Origin: Myxococcota bacterium
GTDB taxonomy: Bacteria > Myxococcota_A > UBA796 > CAJQPC01
Direction: 5' to 3'
DNA length: 64,000 bases
Assembly: GCA_036229005.1 (NCBI GenBank)
Contig: JAZAMN010000011.1
Location: forward strand, 64,001 to 128,000
The notes under the pieces were generated by a model. That model worked only from the letters and a program-made list of their open reading frames with translations. It made no database searches and was not told where the DNA came from. The translations under genes and the position numbers were made by a program. Shown here one piece after another: positions 40,006 through 49,312 of this stretch (positions are counted from its first letter, which is position 1; every line of letters begins with the position of its first letter).

Positions 40006-41523
40006 ATGCTGACCAAGCGCATCCCCCTCCTGCTCGGGCTGGCCTTCACCTTGGGCCTGTCCACCGGCTGCGGCGACAAGAACGACACCCCTGCCGTTGA
40101 CGAGACCACCGTCACCGACCCGGGCTACTTCTTCAACCGCGGCGTCACCACCCTCAAGAGCCCCGACTCCAAGACCGGTGACGTCAACTACCAGGCCGCC
40201 TACGACGACTTCGTCAAGGCAGCAAACCTCGATGCCGGCAACAAGGGTGTCCAGTACAACGCTGGATGGACCGCCGAGCAGATGGGTGACCTGAGCAAGG
40301 CTGAGACCCACTACCGCAAGGCACTCGAGCTCGACCCGACCTACGAGGCGGCCCTGAACAGCCTGGCCAAGATCCTGGCGGCTGACGGCCGTGACGCCGA
40401 GGCTGTGGACGCCTACACCGCGTACCTCGCTGCCAAGCCCGGCAACATCGACATGTGGAACGCCAAGGTCGACGCGCTGACCCGCGCCGGTCAGTACGAC
40501 GCCGCGATCGCCGAGGCTCAGGCCATCCTGCAGGCCTCCCCCGACAACGTGCCGGCGTACCGCAACCTCTCCCGCGCCTACCACGGCAAGGGCGAGCTCG
40601 GCATGAGCCAGCTCACCGCTGAGAAGGCCAAGTCCCTCAAGGAAGGCGACCCCGGCATCTACAACAACATGGGCGTGACCTACCTCCAGCAGGGAGACCA
40701 GACTGCGGCCATCGAGTCCTTCCAGACCGCGATCAAGGTCGATCCCGACAACGTCGAGGCGAACCTGAACCTCGGCTACATCGCGCTGGACTCCGGCGAC
40801 TACAACCTCGCGCTCGCCTGCTTCCAGGCGGCGACCGGGGCTGAGCCCAACAACGTCCCCGCGCTCCTCGGCCTCGCCGTCGCTCAGCGCGGAACCATGG
40901 ACTACGAGGGCGCCTCCGCCACCTACGACAAGGTCCTCAAGCTCGATCCCGAGAATGAGATCGCCTACTTCAACGCCGCGACCCTGCACGAGAAGTACAC
41001 CAAGGACTTCAAGAAGGCCAAGGCGCTGCTGCAGGCCTACGTGGACGTGAACCAGGGCAACATCGCCCCGAGCCACGAGGTCTTCGGTCGAATCGATGGC
41101 ATCGCCGCCGCCGAGGCCGAGGAGAAGGCTCGCCAGGAAGAGCTCAAGCGCCAGGAGCAGGAGCGCAAGGAGCGCGAGGAGCGCCAGAAGGCACAGCTCG
41201 TCAAGCTCCAGGAGCGGACCACCGCCTACATGGCCAAGGTGGATCAGGCCTCCTGCCCCGCCGTCATGGAGATGGGCATGGTCGAGGAGTTCGCGATGAT
41301 CGGCGAGCAGGCCCAGATGGTCATCGACGCTGGTGACTACGGGATGGCCGGAGACATGCTCACCTTCCTGGACTCCATGGAGCCCACCCTGGACGAGCTG
41401 ATCCCCATGTGCGGCGACGCAGGCTCCACGGAGCCCGCTCCTGCCGAGGGTGAGGCCACCGAAGCCGCTCCTGCAGAGGAGACCGCTGCTGAGCCCGCCG
41501 CGGAGGCCGCTCCCACCGAGTGA
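40006..41523 (+). CDS. gltE: TPR lipoprotein GltE (AglT)/NfsE-like
   Basis: MLTKRIPLLLGLAFTLGLSTGC lipobox, TPRs and cluster position. Confidence 0.82.
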   Translation: MLTKRIPLLLGLAFTLGLSTGCGDKNDTPAVDETTVTDPGYFFNRGVTTLKSPDSKTGDVNYQAAYDDFVKAANLDAGNKGVQYNAGWTAEQMGDLSKAETHYRKALELDPTYEAALNSLAKILAADGRDAEAVDAYTAYLAAKPGNIDMWNAKVDALTRAGQYDAAIAEAQAILQASPDNVPAYRNLSRAYHGKGELGMSQLTAEKAKSLKEGDPGIYNNMGVTYLQQGDQTAAIESFQTAIKVDPDNVEANLNLGYIALDSGDYNLALACFQAATGAEPNNVPALLGLAVAQRGTMDYEGASATYDKVLKLDPENEIAYFNAATLHEKYTKDFKKAKALLQAYVDVNQGNIAPSHEVFGRIDGIAAAEAEEKARQEELKRQEQERKEREERQKAQLVKLQERTTAYMAKVDQASCPAVMEMGMVEEFAMIGEQAQMVIDAGDYGMAGDMLTFLDSMEPTLDELIPMCGDAGSTEPAPAEGEATEAAPAEETAAEPAAEAAPTE

Positions 41524-41540
41524 TCGATCGGGAGTGCTGC

Positions 41541-41580
41541 AAGAGAGAGAGGTGATCCTTCCGGATCACCTCTTTTTTTT
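41541..41580 (+). terminator. Rho-independent terminator after gltE
   Basis: agaggtgatcc-ttcc-ggatcacctct followed by a T run. Confidence 0.9.
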
Positions 41581-41707
41581 GCCCCTCGTACAGATTTCGG
41601 GGAACTTGAGTCCCGAGCCGCTGTCGGACTGGAAGCTGCTGTTCTCTTCGGAGCCTGCATGCCTCCTCCCAACTGGCCAAGCGCCCCGTGGTTGCTTGGT
41701 TTCTGGC

Positions 41708-41724
41708 TTGACCGACAACTGACA
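41708..41724 (+). promoter_or_regulatory. Candidate operator TTGACCGACAACTGACA upstream of gltF
   Basis: Matches the direct-repeat motif at 32991. Confidence 0.5.
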
Positions 41725-41893
41725 AGCCCCCCATTGTTCAACCCTTCCCCTTCCAGCAAGATCGCCTGACTCGGCCACGACAGCCCGCCTGGTGCGTCAG
41801 AGAGCAGTCAGGGGTGTGCAAACGCCTTCTGATTCCCGCTCACCTGCGCTACTCTCCCCGGCGACCGTCGTCCGCCATCCAAGGAGACCGACA

Positions 41894-42154
41894 ATGAACT
41901 TCCGCCGCGTGTCCGCGCTTGTGCTCGTCTCGAGCCTGTTCGCATCCCCTGCCCTCGCTCAGGATGACGACACCAAGATCCAGTACAAGGCAAAGACCGA
42001 GATCGACTTCGAAGGAGTCGAGGTGGACGGTGAGTTGGTCAAGCCCACGGGCGCCTTGCTCCTCGACCGCAAGCGCGCGGACTTCAACCCGCTCATCAAG
42101 CTGCGTGAAGACTTCGACGAGGAGATGGACCAGTCGGTCAACCAGGTCAAGTGA
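41894..42154 (+). CDS. gltF: GltF (CglF)/NfsF-like small protein
   Basis: KTEIDFEGVEVDGELVKP...FNPLIKLREDF motif and AAGGAG RBS. Confidence 0.88.
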   Translation: MNFRRVSALVLVSSLFASPALAQDDDTKIQYKAKTEIDFEGVEVDGELVKPTGALLLDRKRADFNPLIKLREDFDEEMDQSVNQVK

Positions 42155-42234
42155 CCCGGTCACCACTTCCATCCCCACTGCGCAACCCATCTTCATTCTG
42201 AACCGGCGCCCTTTCTGCGCCCCAGAGGGATCCC

Positions 42235-44220
42235 ATGGCGGACAGCCCCATCCTCACTTTTGAGGTCTACCGAGACAGCAACTTCCTCTTCCGCGAGGAC
42301 CTGTCTGCGGAGAGCATCACCATCGGCAAGGGCCCCGCAGCCATGCTCCGCATCGAGGACGATGCGCTGCAGGACCTGCAGGCTGTCGTGAACGTCAACG
42401 ATGACGGCAGCGTGCAGTTGCTGGACCTCGTCGGCGAAGGCACCAAGGTGAATGGCTCCAGCGTGGTCAACACCACCCTGAACAACGGCGACACCATCGA
42501 GGTCGGCGCGATCCGCGTCATCATTGGTATCTCCGGCGCCGCCGAGTTCGACGACGAGGAGGCCACCCAGATGGTGCAGGCCCCCGAGGTCGGCGAGCAC
42601 ATCGAGGACGAGGCGACCGACCACGGCGAGAAGGGCGGCTTCGCCCTCAAGTCCAAGAGCGAGGTCAGCGCAGACGCTTCGGCAGCCGCAACCGAGGGCG
42701 AGGAGCCCGAGGAGCAGTACACCGAAGATGTCATGGCCTTCATCATGCGCTCCGGTACCGGCCAGAGCGATGTGGGCAACGACAACAAGCGCCCCCCCGT
42801 CCTGGAGGTCTCCCAGATCTGGGGCGATCAGGTCGTGGACACCAAGCACTACGGCAAGGGTGGCAAGCCGGTCACGGTGGGTACCTCCACGGGCCAGCGC
42901 ATGCGCTTCATGAGCCACCCCTTTGGCTGGGGACCTGAGTTCGTTCCCGGTGTCCTGTGGCTCACCGGCGGCATCCTGTCCGCCACCCAGGAGTGGAAGA
43001 ACGAGTTCTACGTCCCCCCCGAGGACGTGGCTGAGGAGGGCTACCAGCTCTTCACCTGGTCCGGCGGCTCCTGGACCGCGAACATCTCCGACAAGTGGAG
43101 CGGTTTCGTCGACATCGGCGAGCAGCGCCACACCATCCAGGAGATGATCGAGTCCGGCAAGGCCACTGGCGGCGGCGGCAGCTACTCCATCGAGATCACC
43201 GACGACACCCGCCTGGTCCTGGACCTGGGCAACGTCGTGTTCTTCGCTCAGATGGTGCCCTCCTCCAAGGCCATCGTGTCCAAGGTCACCGACAACCTGG
43301 ACTACCCCTTCCTGGGCATCATGTTCTTCACCGTGTTCCTCGGCATCATGGCCGGGGTCCTGGTGTGGAACGCTCCTCCCGTGAAGAGCACCGGCCTGAA
43401 CGAGGTCCCGGACCGCTTCGTTGAGCTGCTGCTCGAGGAGCCGCCCCCCGAGCCCCCCAAGGAGAAGTCCAAGCCCTCCGGAAACCCCGACGCGGGTGAG
43501 GGTGCCAAGGCCAAGCGCGAAGAGGGCAAGGTCGGCAAGAAGGACGCCAAGATGGAGCGGGCCAAGGGCAACAAGGTCGAGATGAACAAGCGTCAGATCG
43601 ACAAGGAGATCGCCGAGAACGCCGGCGTCCTCGGTGCCATGCGTGATGGCGGCGAGATGGACGGCGTGTTCGGCTCCTCCGGCCTGAACTCCGACATCGC
43701 TGGCGGCATCGGCGGCCTCATCGGCGCCAAGGGCACCCAGATCGGCTCCGGCGGTCTCGGCTCCCGCGGCTCCGGCCTCGGCGGCGGCGGTACCGCTGAG
43801 GGTCTCGGTGGTCTCGGCACCAAGGGCCGTGGCTCCGGCTCCTCCGGCTACGGTACCGGCGGCGGCAACTTCGGCGCCAAGGGCGAGGGTGGCATCGGCC
43901 GGATCGGTGGTGACCCCATCATCCTCGGTGCACTGGACAAGAGCCTGATCGACGCCGTCATCAAGCGCAACATGTCGCAGATCCGCTACTGCTACCAGCG
44001 TGAGCTGACCAAGAACCCCTCCCTGGGCGGCAAGATCGTCGTGAAGTTCGTCATCGCCAAGGACGGGTCCGTGTCCTCCGCGTCGACCAAGGCGACCACG
44101 ATGAACAACAAGGCCGTGGAGAGCTGCATCAACGGGCGCTTCATGCGCTTCAAGTTCCCCGAGCCCAAGGGCGGCGGCATCGTCATCGTGTCCTACCCCT
44201 TCATCTTCTCCCCCGGCTGA
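42235..44220 (+). CDS. gltG: GltG (PglI)/NfsG-like: FHA domain, single TM, Gly-rich linker, TonB-C domain
   Basis: N-terminal FHA-like region, EGAKAKREEGKVG and IRYCYQREL...FPEPKGGGIVIVSYPFIF. Confidence 0.9.
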   Translation: MADSPILTFEVYRDSNFLFREDLSAESITIGKGPAAMLRIEDDALQDLQAVVNVNDDGSVQLLDLVGEGTKVNGSSVVNTTLNNGDTIEVGAIRVIIGISGAAEFDDEEATQMVQAPEVGEHIEDEATDHGEKGGFALKSKSEVSADASAAATEGEEPEEQYTEDVMAFIMRSGTGQSDVGNDNKRPPVLEVSQIWGDQVVDTKHYGKGGKPVTVGTSTGQRMRFMSHPFGWGPEFVPGVLWLTGGILSATQEWKNEFYVPPEDVAEEGYQLFTWSGGSWTANISDKWSGFVDIGEQRHTIQEMIESGKATGGGGSYSIEITDDTRLVLDLGNVVFFAQMVPSSKAIVSKVTDNLDYPFLGIMFFTVFLGIMAGVLVWNAPPVKSTGLNEVPDRFVELLLEEPPPEPPKEKSKPSGNPDAGEGAKAKREEGKVGKKDAKMERAKGNKVEMNKRQIDKEIAENAGVLGAMRDGGEMDGVFGSSGLNSDIAGGIGGLIGAKGTQIGSGGLGSRGSGLGGGGTAEGLGGLGTKGRGSGSSGYGTGGGNFGAKGEGGIGRIGGDPIILGALDKSLIDAVIKRNMSQIRYCYQRELTKNPSLGGKIVVKFVIAKDGSVSSASTKATTMNNKAVESCINGRFMRFKFPEPKGGGIVIVSYPFIFSPG

Positions 44221-44238
44221 TCCAGCCATCGGAGACTC

Positions 44239-44267
44239 CAAGGGCTCGGCATCCAGCCGGGCCTTTG
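44239..44267 (+). terminator. Hairpin after gltG
   Basis: caagggctcggc-atcca-gccgggcctttg. Confidence 0.6.
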
Positions 44268-44391
44268 TTGCATCCGGGCCAACGCTCCTGCGCTGCGGCC
44301 TGTCTGTCCTGCGAAACCTCTCCGCGTGTGTTAAAACGCGGGGCCAGTGCGGAGGCTCTCTGAGCGCTCCGCGATCTCTCCGAGGTAGCTG

Positions 44392-45108
44392 ATGTCCCTG
44401 TCCCTGTCCTACGCGCTGCTGACCAGCCTCATCTCCACCCCCGCCATGGCGCAGGGGATTGACGGCCTCGACGACCCCGTCGAGGAGCAGGAGAGCGCAC
44501 GCCGGCCCCGCAAGGAAGAGGTGGTGAAGGAGGTCAACAAGGGCTTCTACGCCAAGTCCAGCTTTGGCGGCGCCGGCTACATCCTGGAGCTCGCTCCCGC
44601 GCTGCGCGCAGGCAGCGCGATCGGTCTCGCAGTCGGTCAGGACTTTGTTGACCAGGAGAAGACCTCGATGGCTTGGGAGGTCGCCCTGCTCCAGGGTGTC
44701 CACAACGGCTGCAGCTACATCTACCAGGCGGACGGCACCTGCCAGGGTGGCACCCCCGGCCCCTTCATCCAGGGCGACACCCGCACCTACTCGATGCTCG
44801 CAAACTACGAGTTCTCGAAGTACCCCACCCGCCGCATCGGCCTCGGCGTTCGCGCAGGTGGTGGCGTGCTCTTCGCTCCCCTGCTGATGGATCCTGACGC
44901 CTACCAGCGTGACGTGGTCGCCGGCGAGTGGGGCGGCAACGACGGCTTCTACCACAACGGCGCCAAGCCCCTGGGCTTCGGCGGCGTCACCTTCGAGTAC
45001 TACAGCAAGCTCTCCCACTTCTCGGTGGGTGCAGATGCCGACGTGTTCTACGCGGTGAACTTCGACCTGGGCTACAACGCCACCGGGTACTTCAAGTACA
45101 CCTTCTGA
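44392..45108 (+). CDS. gltH: GltH (CglE)/NfsH-like outer-membrane beta-barrel
   Basis: EVNKGFY N-terminal motif, EYYSKLSHFSVG and terminal KYTF. Confidence 0.82.
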   Translation: MSLSLSYALLTSLISTPAMAQGIDGLDDPVEEQESARRPRKEEVVKEVNKGFYAKSSFGGAGYILELAPALRAGSAIGLAVGQDFVDQEKTSMAWEVALLQGVHNGCSYIYQADGTCQGGTPGPFIQGDTRTYSMLANYEFSKYPTRRIGLGVRAGGGVLFAPLLMDPDAYQRDVVAGEWGGNDGFYHNGAKPLGFGGVTFEYYSKLSHFSVGADADVFYAVNFDLGYNATGYFKYTF

Positions 45109-45127
45109 GCGCACGCTCGCTCGCTCC

Positions 45128-45150
45128 ACGGCCCCGCATGGGGCCGTTTT
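45128..45150 (+). terminator. Terminator after gltH
   Basis: acggcccc-gcat-ggggccgt followed by T residues. Confidence 0.75.
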
Positions 45151-45273
45151 CATTTGTCCTTCGTTCAGTCAAGACTTGGCGAAGCCCTCCTCTGCGCGCT
45201 ACCAGGCGCGACGGCACCGACGGTCCCTCCTACCCGGAGGCGGACCTGCCCAACCATGCACCGGAGTCCCCCC

Positions 45274-46422
45274 ATGCGTGCCCTGGCCCTCATGCCCCTG
45301 CTGCTTCTCCTCCCCGCTTGTGGTCTGGAGACCAACTCGCCGTCCACCAGCGACAGCACCAGCGGTCCTGAGACCTACGGCAACCTGACCATCAGCTCCA
45401 CCAACCTGGACTTCGGTCAGGTCGACGCAGGTACCAGTGCAGAGGCCACCCTCACGCTGAGCAACGAGGGCGTGGATCCCATCGAGCTCCTGGACGCGAG
45501 CACCGACAACGCCGTGTTCGAGGTCATGGACGCCGCCTCCCTGCTGCCCATCACCATCCAGGCCGGCGGCTCCGCCAGCCTGGATGTGTCCTTCACCCCC
45601 GACCGTGCTGTGGACTTCGAGGGCGTGATGACCCTCATCACCGACGAGGTCGAGGCCTCCGAGGTCACCGTCGGACTCTACGGCAGCGCCGCAGAGGGTG
45701 GTGGGGATGACACCGGGCCCCAGGTGACGGGTGGTGAGCTGAGCTTGAGCGTGAGCTCCATCAACTTCGGCAACGTCGAGACCAGCGAGATCGGAGCAGA
45801 GCCTCTGACCATCACCAACATCGGTGACGAGGACGTCCTGCTGGTGAACTTCACGGGCTCCGAGAGCATGTGGGGCTACGGCGGTGAGCTTGCCCTCCCC
45901 TACGTGCTCGGCGCAGGAGAGTCTCGCGAGGTCACCCTGACCGCCACCCCGCCCGCTGAGCAGACCTACAACGGGACGATCACTCTGACCTCGGATGCGA
46001 ACAACGACAGCATTGACATTCCGGTGAGTGTGACGGGGACCTATGACTACGACGGTCCAAGCTCCTACATCGAGTGCCTTGAATGCGAGGGGGGTACCAA
46101 GCTGATCATGAACGCTTTCGGCGGCTTTAGCACCTCCGGAAGCTTCAGTATCGTCAACGATGGCGATCAGGACCTGGTGATTTCCAATGTCACCATGAGT
46201 CAAGACGATGCTCTGTGCAGCGGTTGCAGCTTCTCCATGAGCGGCTTCTCGGGCAAGACAACCCTGCGTCCCGGTGAGAGCCTCCCCATCACGATCAAGT
46301 TCACGCCGGTGACTGGCGGACTTTTTCTCTTTGGTTCGCTCGAGATTTCAAGCAACACACAGGGCGGGAGTGGTCTTGGCCTGACCTCGCTTGACCTTCA
46401 GGGAAATCACTTCTCCCTGTGA
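45274..46422 (+). CDS. Lipoprotein with three Ig-like choice-of-anchor D/ASH domains
   Basis: LLLLPAC lipobox. LDFGQV...LTLSNEG...VSFTP and INFGNV...ITNIG repeats. Confidence 0.8.
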   Translation: MRALALMPLLLLLPACGLETNSPSTSDSTSGPETYGNLTISSTNLDFGQVDAGTSAEATLTLSNEGVDPIELLDASTDNAVFEVMDAASLLPITIQAGGSASLDVSFTPDRAVDFEGVMTLITDEVEASEVTVGLYGSAAEGGGDDTGPQVTGGELSLSVSSINFGNVETSEIGAEPLTITNIGDEDVLLVNFTGSESMWGYGGELALPYVLGAGESREVTLTATPPAEQTYNGTITLTSDANNDSIDIPVSVTGTYDYDGPSSYIECLECEGGTKLIMNAFGGFSTSGSFSIVNDGDQDLVISNVTMSQDDALCSGCSFSMSGFSGKTTLRPGESLPITIKFTPVTGGLFLFGSLEISSNTQGGSGLGLTSLDLQGNHFSL

Positions 46423-46488
46423 TGCGTTTTCGCGCCTCTTTGGCTACGATTTGACGTTTCTCGCCTGCCCCGAGACTCTCGGCACGAG

Positions 46489-48333
46489 TCAAATCCCCTC
46501 CCCCCGAAGCAGGAATGCCGTGTCCGAAACGGCAACCGCCCATACGAGCCAAGGGAGGCCACCATCCGCGGCTTCCATCGTGGTTACGCCGCCGTAGGGA
46601 TAACCTCCTCCCAATTCCACCACAGCATGGGGCTGGGACGGGAGAGCCCCGTGAAGCGGGTTGGCCCAAACCTCGACAGTCGGGTTTGTGCCATTGTCCC
46701 TGACACCACCGGCAACCAAATCCAGGTGGCTGTCCCCATCAACATTCCCAGCCTCAAGCCAGTAGACCCCGGTGAGCGAGTCTCCTTCGAGCAGCACGTC
46801 AGCATCCGAGGCATCGTAGTTGTTGAAGGTCTGTGGCCCCCCCAAGAACACGGCCACTTGGCCCACGAACTCGGAATCGTCGGCCTTGCTGGGTACACCG
46901 ACCGCAAAATCGTCGTAGCCATCCTCATCGAGGTCCGCCGCTACCCCGTTGGCTCCCAGCTGCCCCTCCGAGCTGCTGTCTGAAATCGATCCGTCAAAGT
47001 CTTGGACGGTTCGACTGCCGTTGAGCGAATCAGCGTAGAAGAAGTAGAACCGCTCCCCGTGAAGCGCGAGATCCGTTGCCCCATCTCCATCCCAGTCGGA
47101 GAAAACGGGCCGTCCAACATACATCCCAACCTTCACCCCGCTTGAATCGGTGATGACCACGTCCGCACTACCTGCGCCTGTGCCGCTGGTGGGAGCTACG
47201 TCCCAGAGATACACCGAAGCGGCCGAAAAGTCCTTTTCAAGCTGCGTGATCGCAAGACTCCCCTCATGTCCAACGACGCTCCATCCAAAGTACACGGAGT
47301 TTCGTTCCCTCTCAATCAGGACGTCTGCGCTGGCACCCAAGCCTGCGCTCCCCCCGAGAAAGAGCCTGACATACTCATTGGTCGCTCCGTACTCTGGCAC
47401 CAAGTTGGCGTTTCCAACGGCCAGGTCTTCGAAGCCATCGCCGTCCAAGTCTCCGGCCCAGAGTGACCCACCTACCTCATGGTAGTAGCCCTCCTCTGGC
47501 GTGTACTCCCAATCGGCACCGGCGGTCGACAAGACCGTCGTATCCCCTGGTTCGTCGAAGAGGTAGACGGCTCCCCTTCCATTGTCCGGTGCCCCAAGAA
47601 CTAGCGAGTCCGCCCCATCCCCATCAAAGTCACCTGCAGCCAGTCCCCAACCCAAGTGGAAGTTGGAACTGGATGAAACGACCACACCGGCATCACCAGC
47701 ACTCCACTCCCCCACCAACCCACACTCCGGCGCCCCCCCACTGCAGTCATTGTCGATGCCGTCCCCGCACACCTCCGTGCGGCCCGGGTTCGCCTGGGTC
47801 TGCTCGTCGTCGCAGTCCCCCGCTACCTGGACGTGCCCCACGGGCACATCACAAGCCTCGATCGCGCCGGCATCGTCGCCGTAGCCGTCTGAGTCGCCGT
47901 CCGGGTACCAGGTCAGGAACTCCAGCCCGTCGTCCTCGACGCCGTCACAGTCCTGATCGATGCCGTCGCAGACCTCCAGCTGACCGGGGTGGACCGAGGC
48001 GTTCCAGTCATCACAATCCTCTCCCTGCAGGACGTGCCCAGGCTCGAGCGCGCAGGAGTCGAAAGCCCCAGCGTCGTCGCCCCACCCGTCCCCGTCCTCG
48101 TCCGGGTACCAGGTCAGGAACTCCTGGCCCTCGTCCACGCTGCCGTCGCAGTCCTGGTCCACATCGTCGCAGTCCTCGCCCGCTCCGGGAAAGATCGCTG
48201 CGTCCTCGTCATCGCAGTCCGGACCGCCGAACTCCGCGGAGGGGAAGCCGTCCCCATCCATGTCCCGAGCCTGCTCGTACAGGTCGCGGTACTCCGCGGG
48301 ACTCGTCAGACACCCCACCAGCCAGATCCACAT
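46489..48333 (-). CDS. Lipoprotein with three MopE-type metal-binding repeats and an FG-GAP (integrin-alpha-like) propeller
   Basis: GAGGAGG RBS, MWIWLVGC. DCDD...PG..ExCDGIDQDCDG repeats. GDFDGDGADSLVLGAP and ADLDEDGYDDFAVGVP. Confidence 0.85.
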   Translation of the reverse strand: MWIWLVGCLTSPAEYRDLYEQARDMDGDGFPSAEFGGPDCDDEDAAIFPGAGEDCDDVDQDCDGSVDEGQEFLTWYPDEDGDGWGDDAGAFDSCALEPGHVLQGEDCDDWNASVHPGQLEVCDGIDQDCDGVEDDGLEFLTWYPDGDSDGYGDDAGAIEACDVPVGHVQVAGDCDDEQTQANPGRTEVCGDGIDNDCSGGAPECGLVGEWSAGDAGVVVSSSSNFHLGWGLAAGDFDGDGADSLVLGAPDNGRGAVYLFDEPGDTTVLSTAGADWEYTPEEGYYHEVGGSLWAGDLDGDGFEDLAVGNANLVPEYGATNEYVRLFLGGSAGLGASADVLIERERNSVYFGWSVVGHEGSLAITQLEKDFSAASVYLWDVAPTSGTGAGSADVVITDSSGVKVGMYVGRPVFSDWDGDGATDLALHGERFYFFYADSLNGSRTVQDFDGSISDSSSEGQLGANGVAADLDEDGYDDFAVGVPSKADDSEFVGQVAVFLGGPQTFNNYDASDADVLLEGDSLTGVYWLEAGNVDGDSHLDLVAGGVRDNGTNPTVEVWANPLHGALPSQPHAVVELGGGYPYGGVTTMEAADGGLPWLVWAVAVSDTAFLLRGEGI

Positions 48334-48366
48334 TCTGACCTCCTCTTGGCCCCTTGATAGCACAAC

Positions 48367-48383
48367 GGGTGACCTCGCTTGGG
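48367..48383 (+). repeat. Dispersed 17-bp motif, copy 2
   Basis: Exact match; 19-bp identity with copy 3. Confidence 0.8.
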
Positions 48384-48571
48384 GGAGTTGGAGGAGGTGC
48401 CGACAGGACCCGGATCCCTGGATGGTGATCCCCGCAACTGGGGTCCACCGGGGTCCTCTCCTTGCCGAAGAGAGGGTGCTGGGCTACATGCGCCCGGCTG
48501 CGGGACACCTCCCGCGCTGCATTCCGTAAGAAGGCGGCAATGAAGCCGTCGTCCAATGCGAGGACATCAGA

Positions 48572-49213
48572 ATGAACAAGAACCCCGGCATCCTTGGCCG
48601 CAAGATCGGCATGACCCAGTTCTTCAACGAGGACGGCACCGTCGTCCCCGTGACCGTCGTCGAGGCGGGCCCCATGGTCGTGACCCAGATCAAGACCGTC
48701 GACACCGACGGCTACAACGCCATCCAGGTCGGCTTCGCCTCCCAGAAGGAAGGCCGCCTCAACAAGGCCATGAAGGGTCACTACGCCAAGGCTGGCGTGG
48801 CTCCCGCCAAGCTCCTCCGTGAGTTCCGCATGGACGACGTCTCCGGCTACACCGTCGGCCAGGAGATCAAGGTGGGCGAGGTCTTCGAGGCTGGCCAGAA
48901 GATCGACGTGACCGGCACCTCCAAGGGTCGCGGCTTCGCTGGCGTCATGAAGCGCCACAACTTCGCTGGCTTCATCCGCTCCCACGGTACCCACGAGTTC
49001 TTCCGTCACGGTGGCTCCATCGGTACCCGCCTGACCCCCGGCCACGTCGCCAAGGGCAAGAAGATGCCCGGTCACATGGGCGCCGCACGCACCACCGTGC
49101 AGAACCTGACCGTCGCCAAGGTCGACGCTGAGCAGAACCTGCTCTACATCAAGGGCGGCATCCCCGGCGCGCGCAACAAGCTCGTGATCGTCAAGGGCGC
49201 TGTCAAGGCCTGA
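48572..49213 (+). CDS. rplC: 50S ribosomal protein L3
   Basis: GRKIGMTQ, DGYNAIQVG, DVTGTSKGRGFAGVMKRH and GKKMPGHMG. Confidence 0.98.
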   Translation: MNKNPGILGRKIGMTQFFNEDGTVVPVTVVEAGPMVVTQIKTVDTDGYNAIQVGFASQKEGRLNKAMKGHYAKAGVAPAKLLREFRMDDVSGYTVGQEIKVGEVFEAGQKIDVTGTSKGRGFAGVMKRHNFAGFIRSHGTHEFFRHGGSIGTRLTPGHVAKGKKMPGHMGAARTTVQNLTVAKVDAEQNLLYIKGGIPGARNKLVIVKGAVKA

Positions 49214-49234
49214 TCGGTCTCCGCGCCACACGCT

Positions 49235-49260
49235 GGGTCGGTCCTTCGGGGCCGGCCTTT
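49235..49260 (+). terminator. Terminator after rplC
   Basis: ggtcggtcc-ttcg-gggccggcc-ttt with a UUCG tetraloop. Confidence 0.7.
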
Positions 49261-49312
49261 CGTGCTCTGGGGGATGGGGTTGTTAGGCTCTTCGACGAGC
49301 CAGGAGGCCCCT

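Noticed and set aside
41672..41700. Possible sigma54 promoter (TGGC...TTGC) before gltF
   Set aside because: The GG-to-GC spacing does not match the required -24/-12 geometry.
34746..45153. Long minus ORFs (593, 1072, 397 and 986 aa) across the glt cluster
   Set aside because: Antisense artefacts of strong codon bias.
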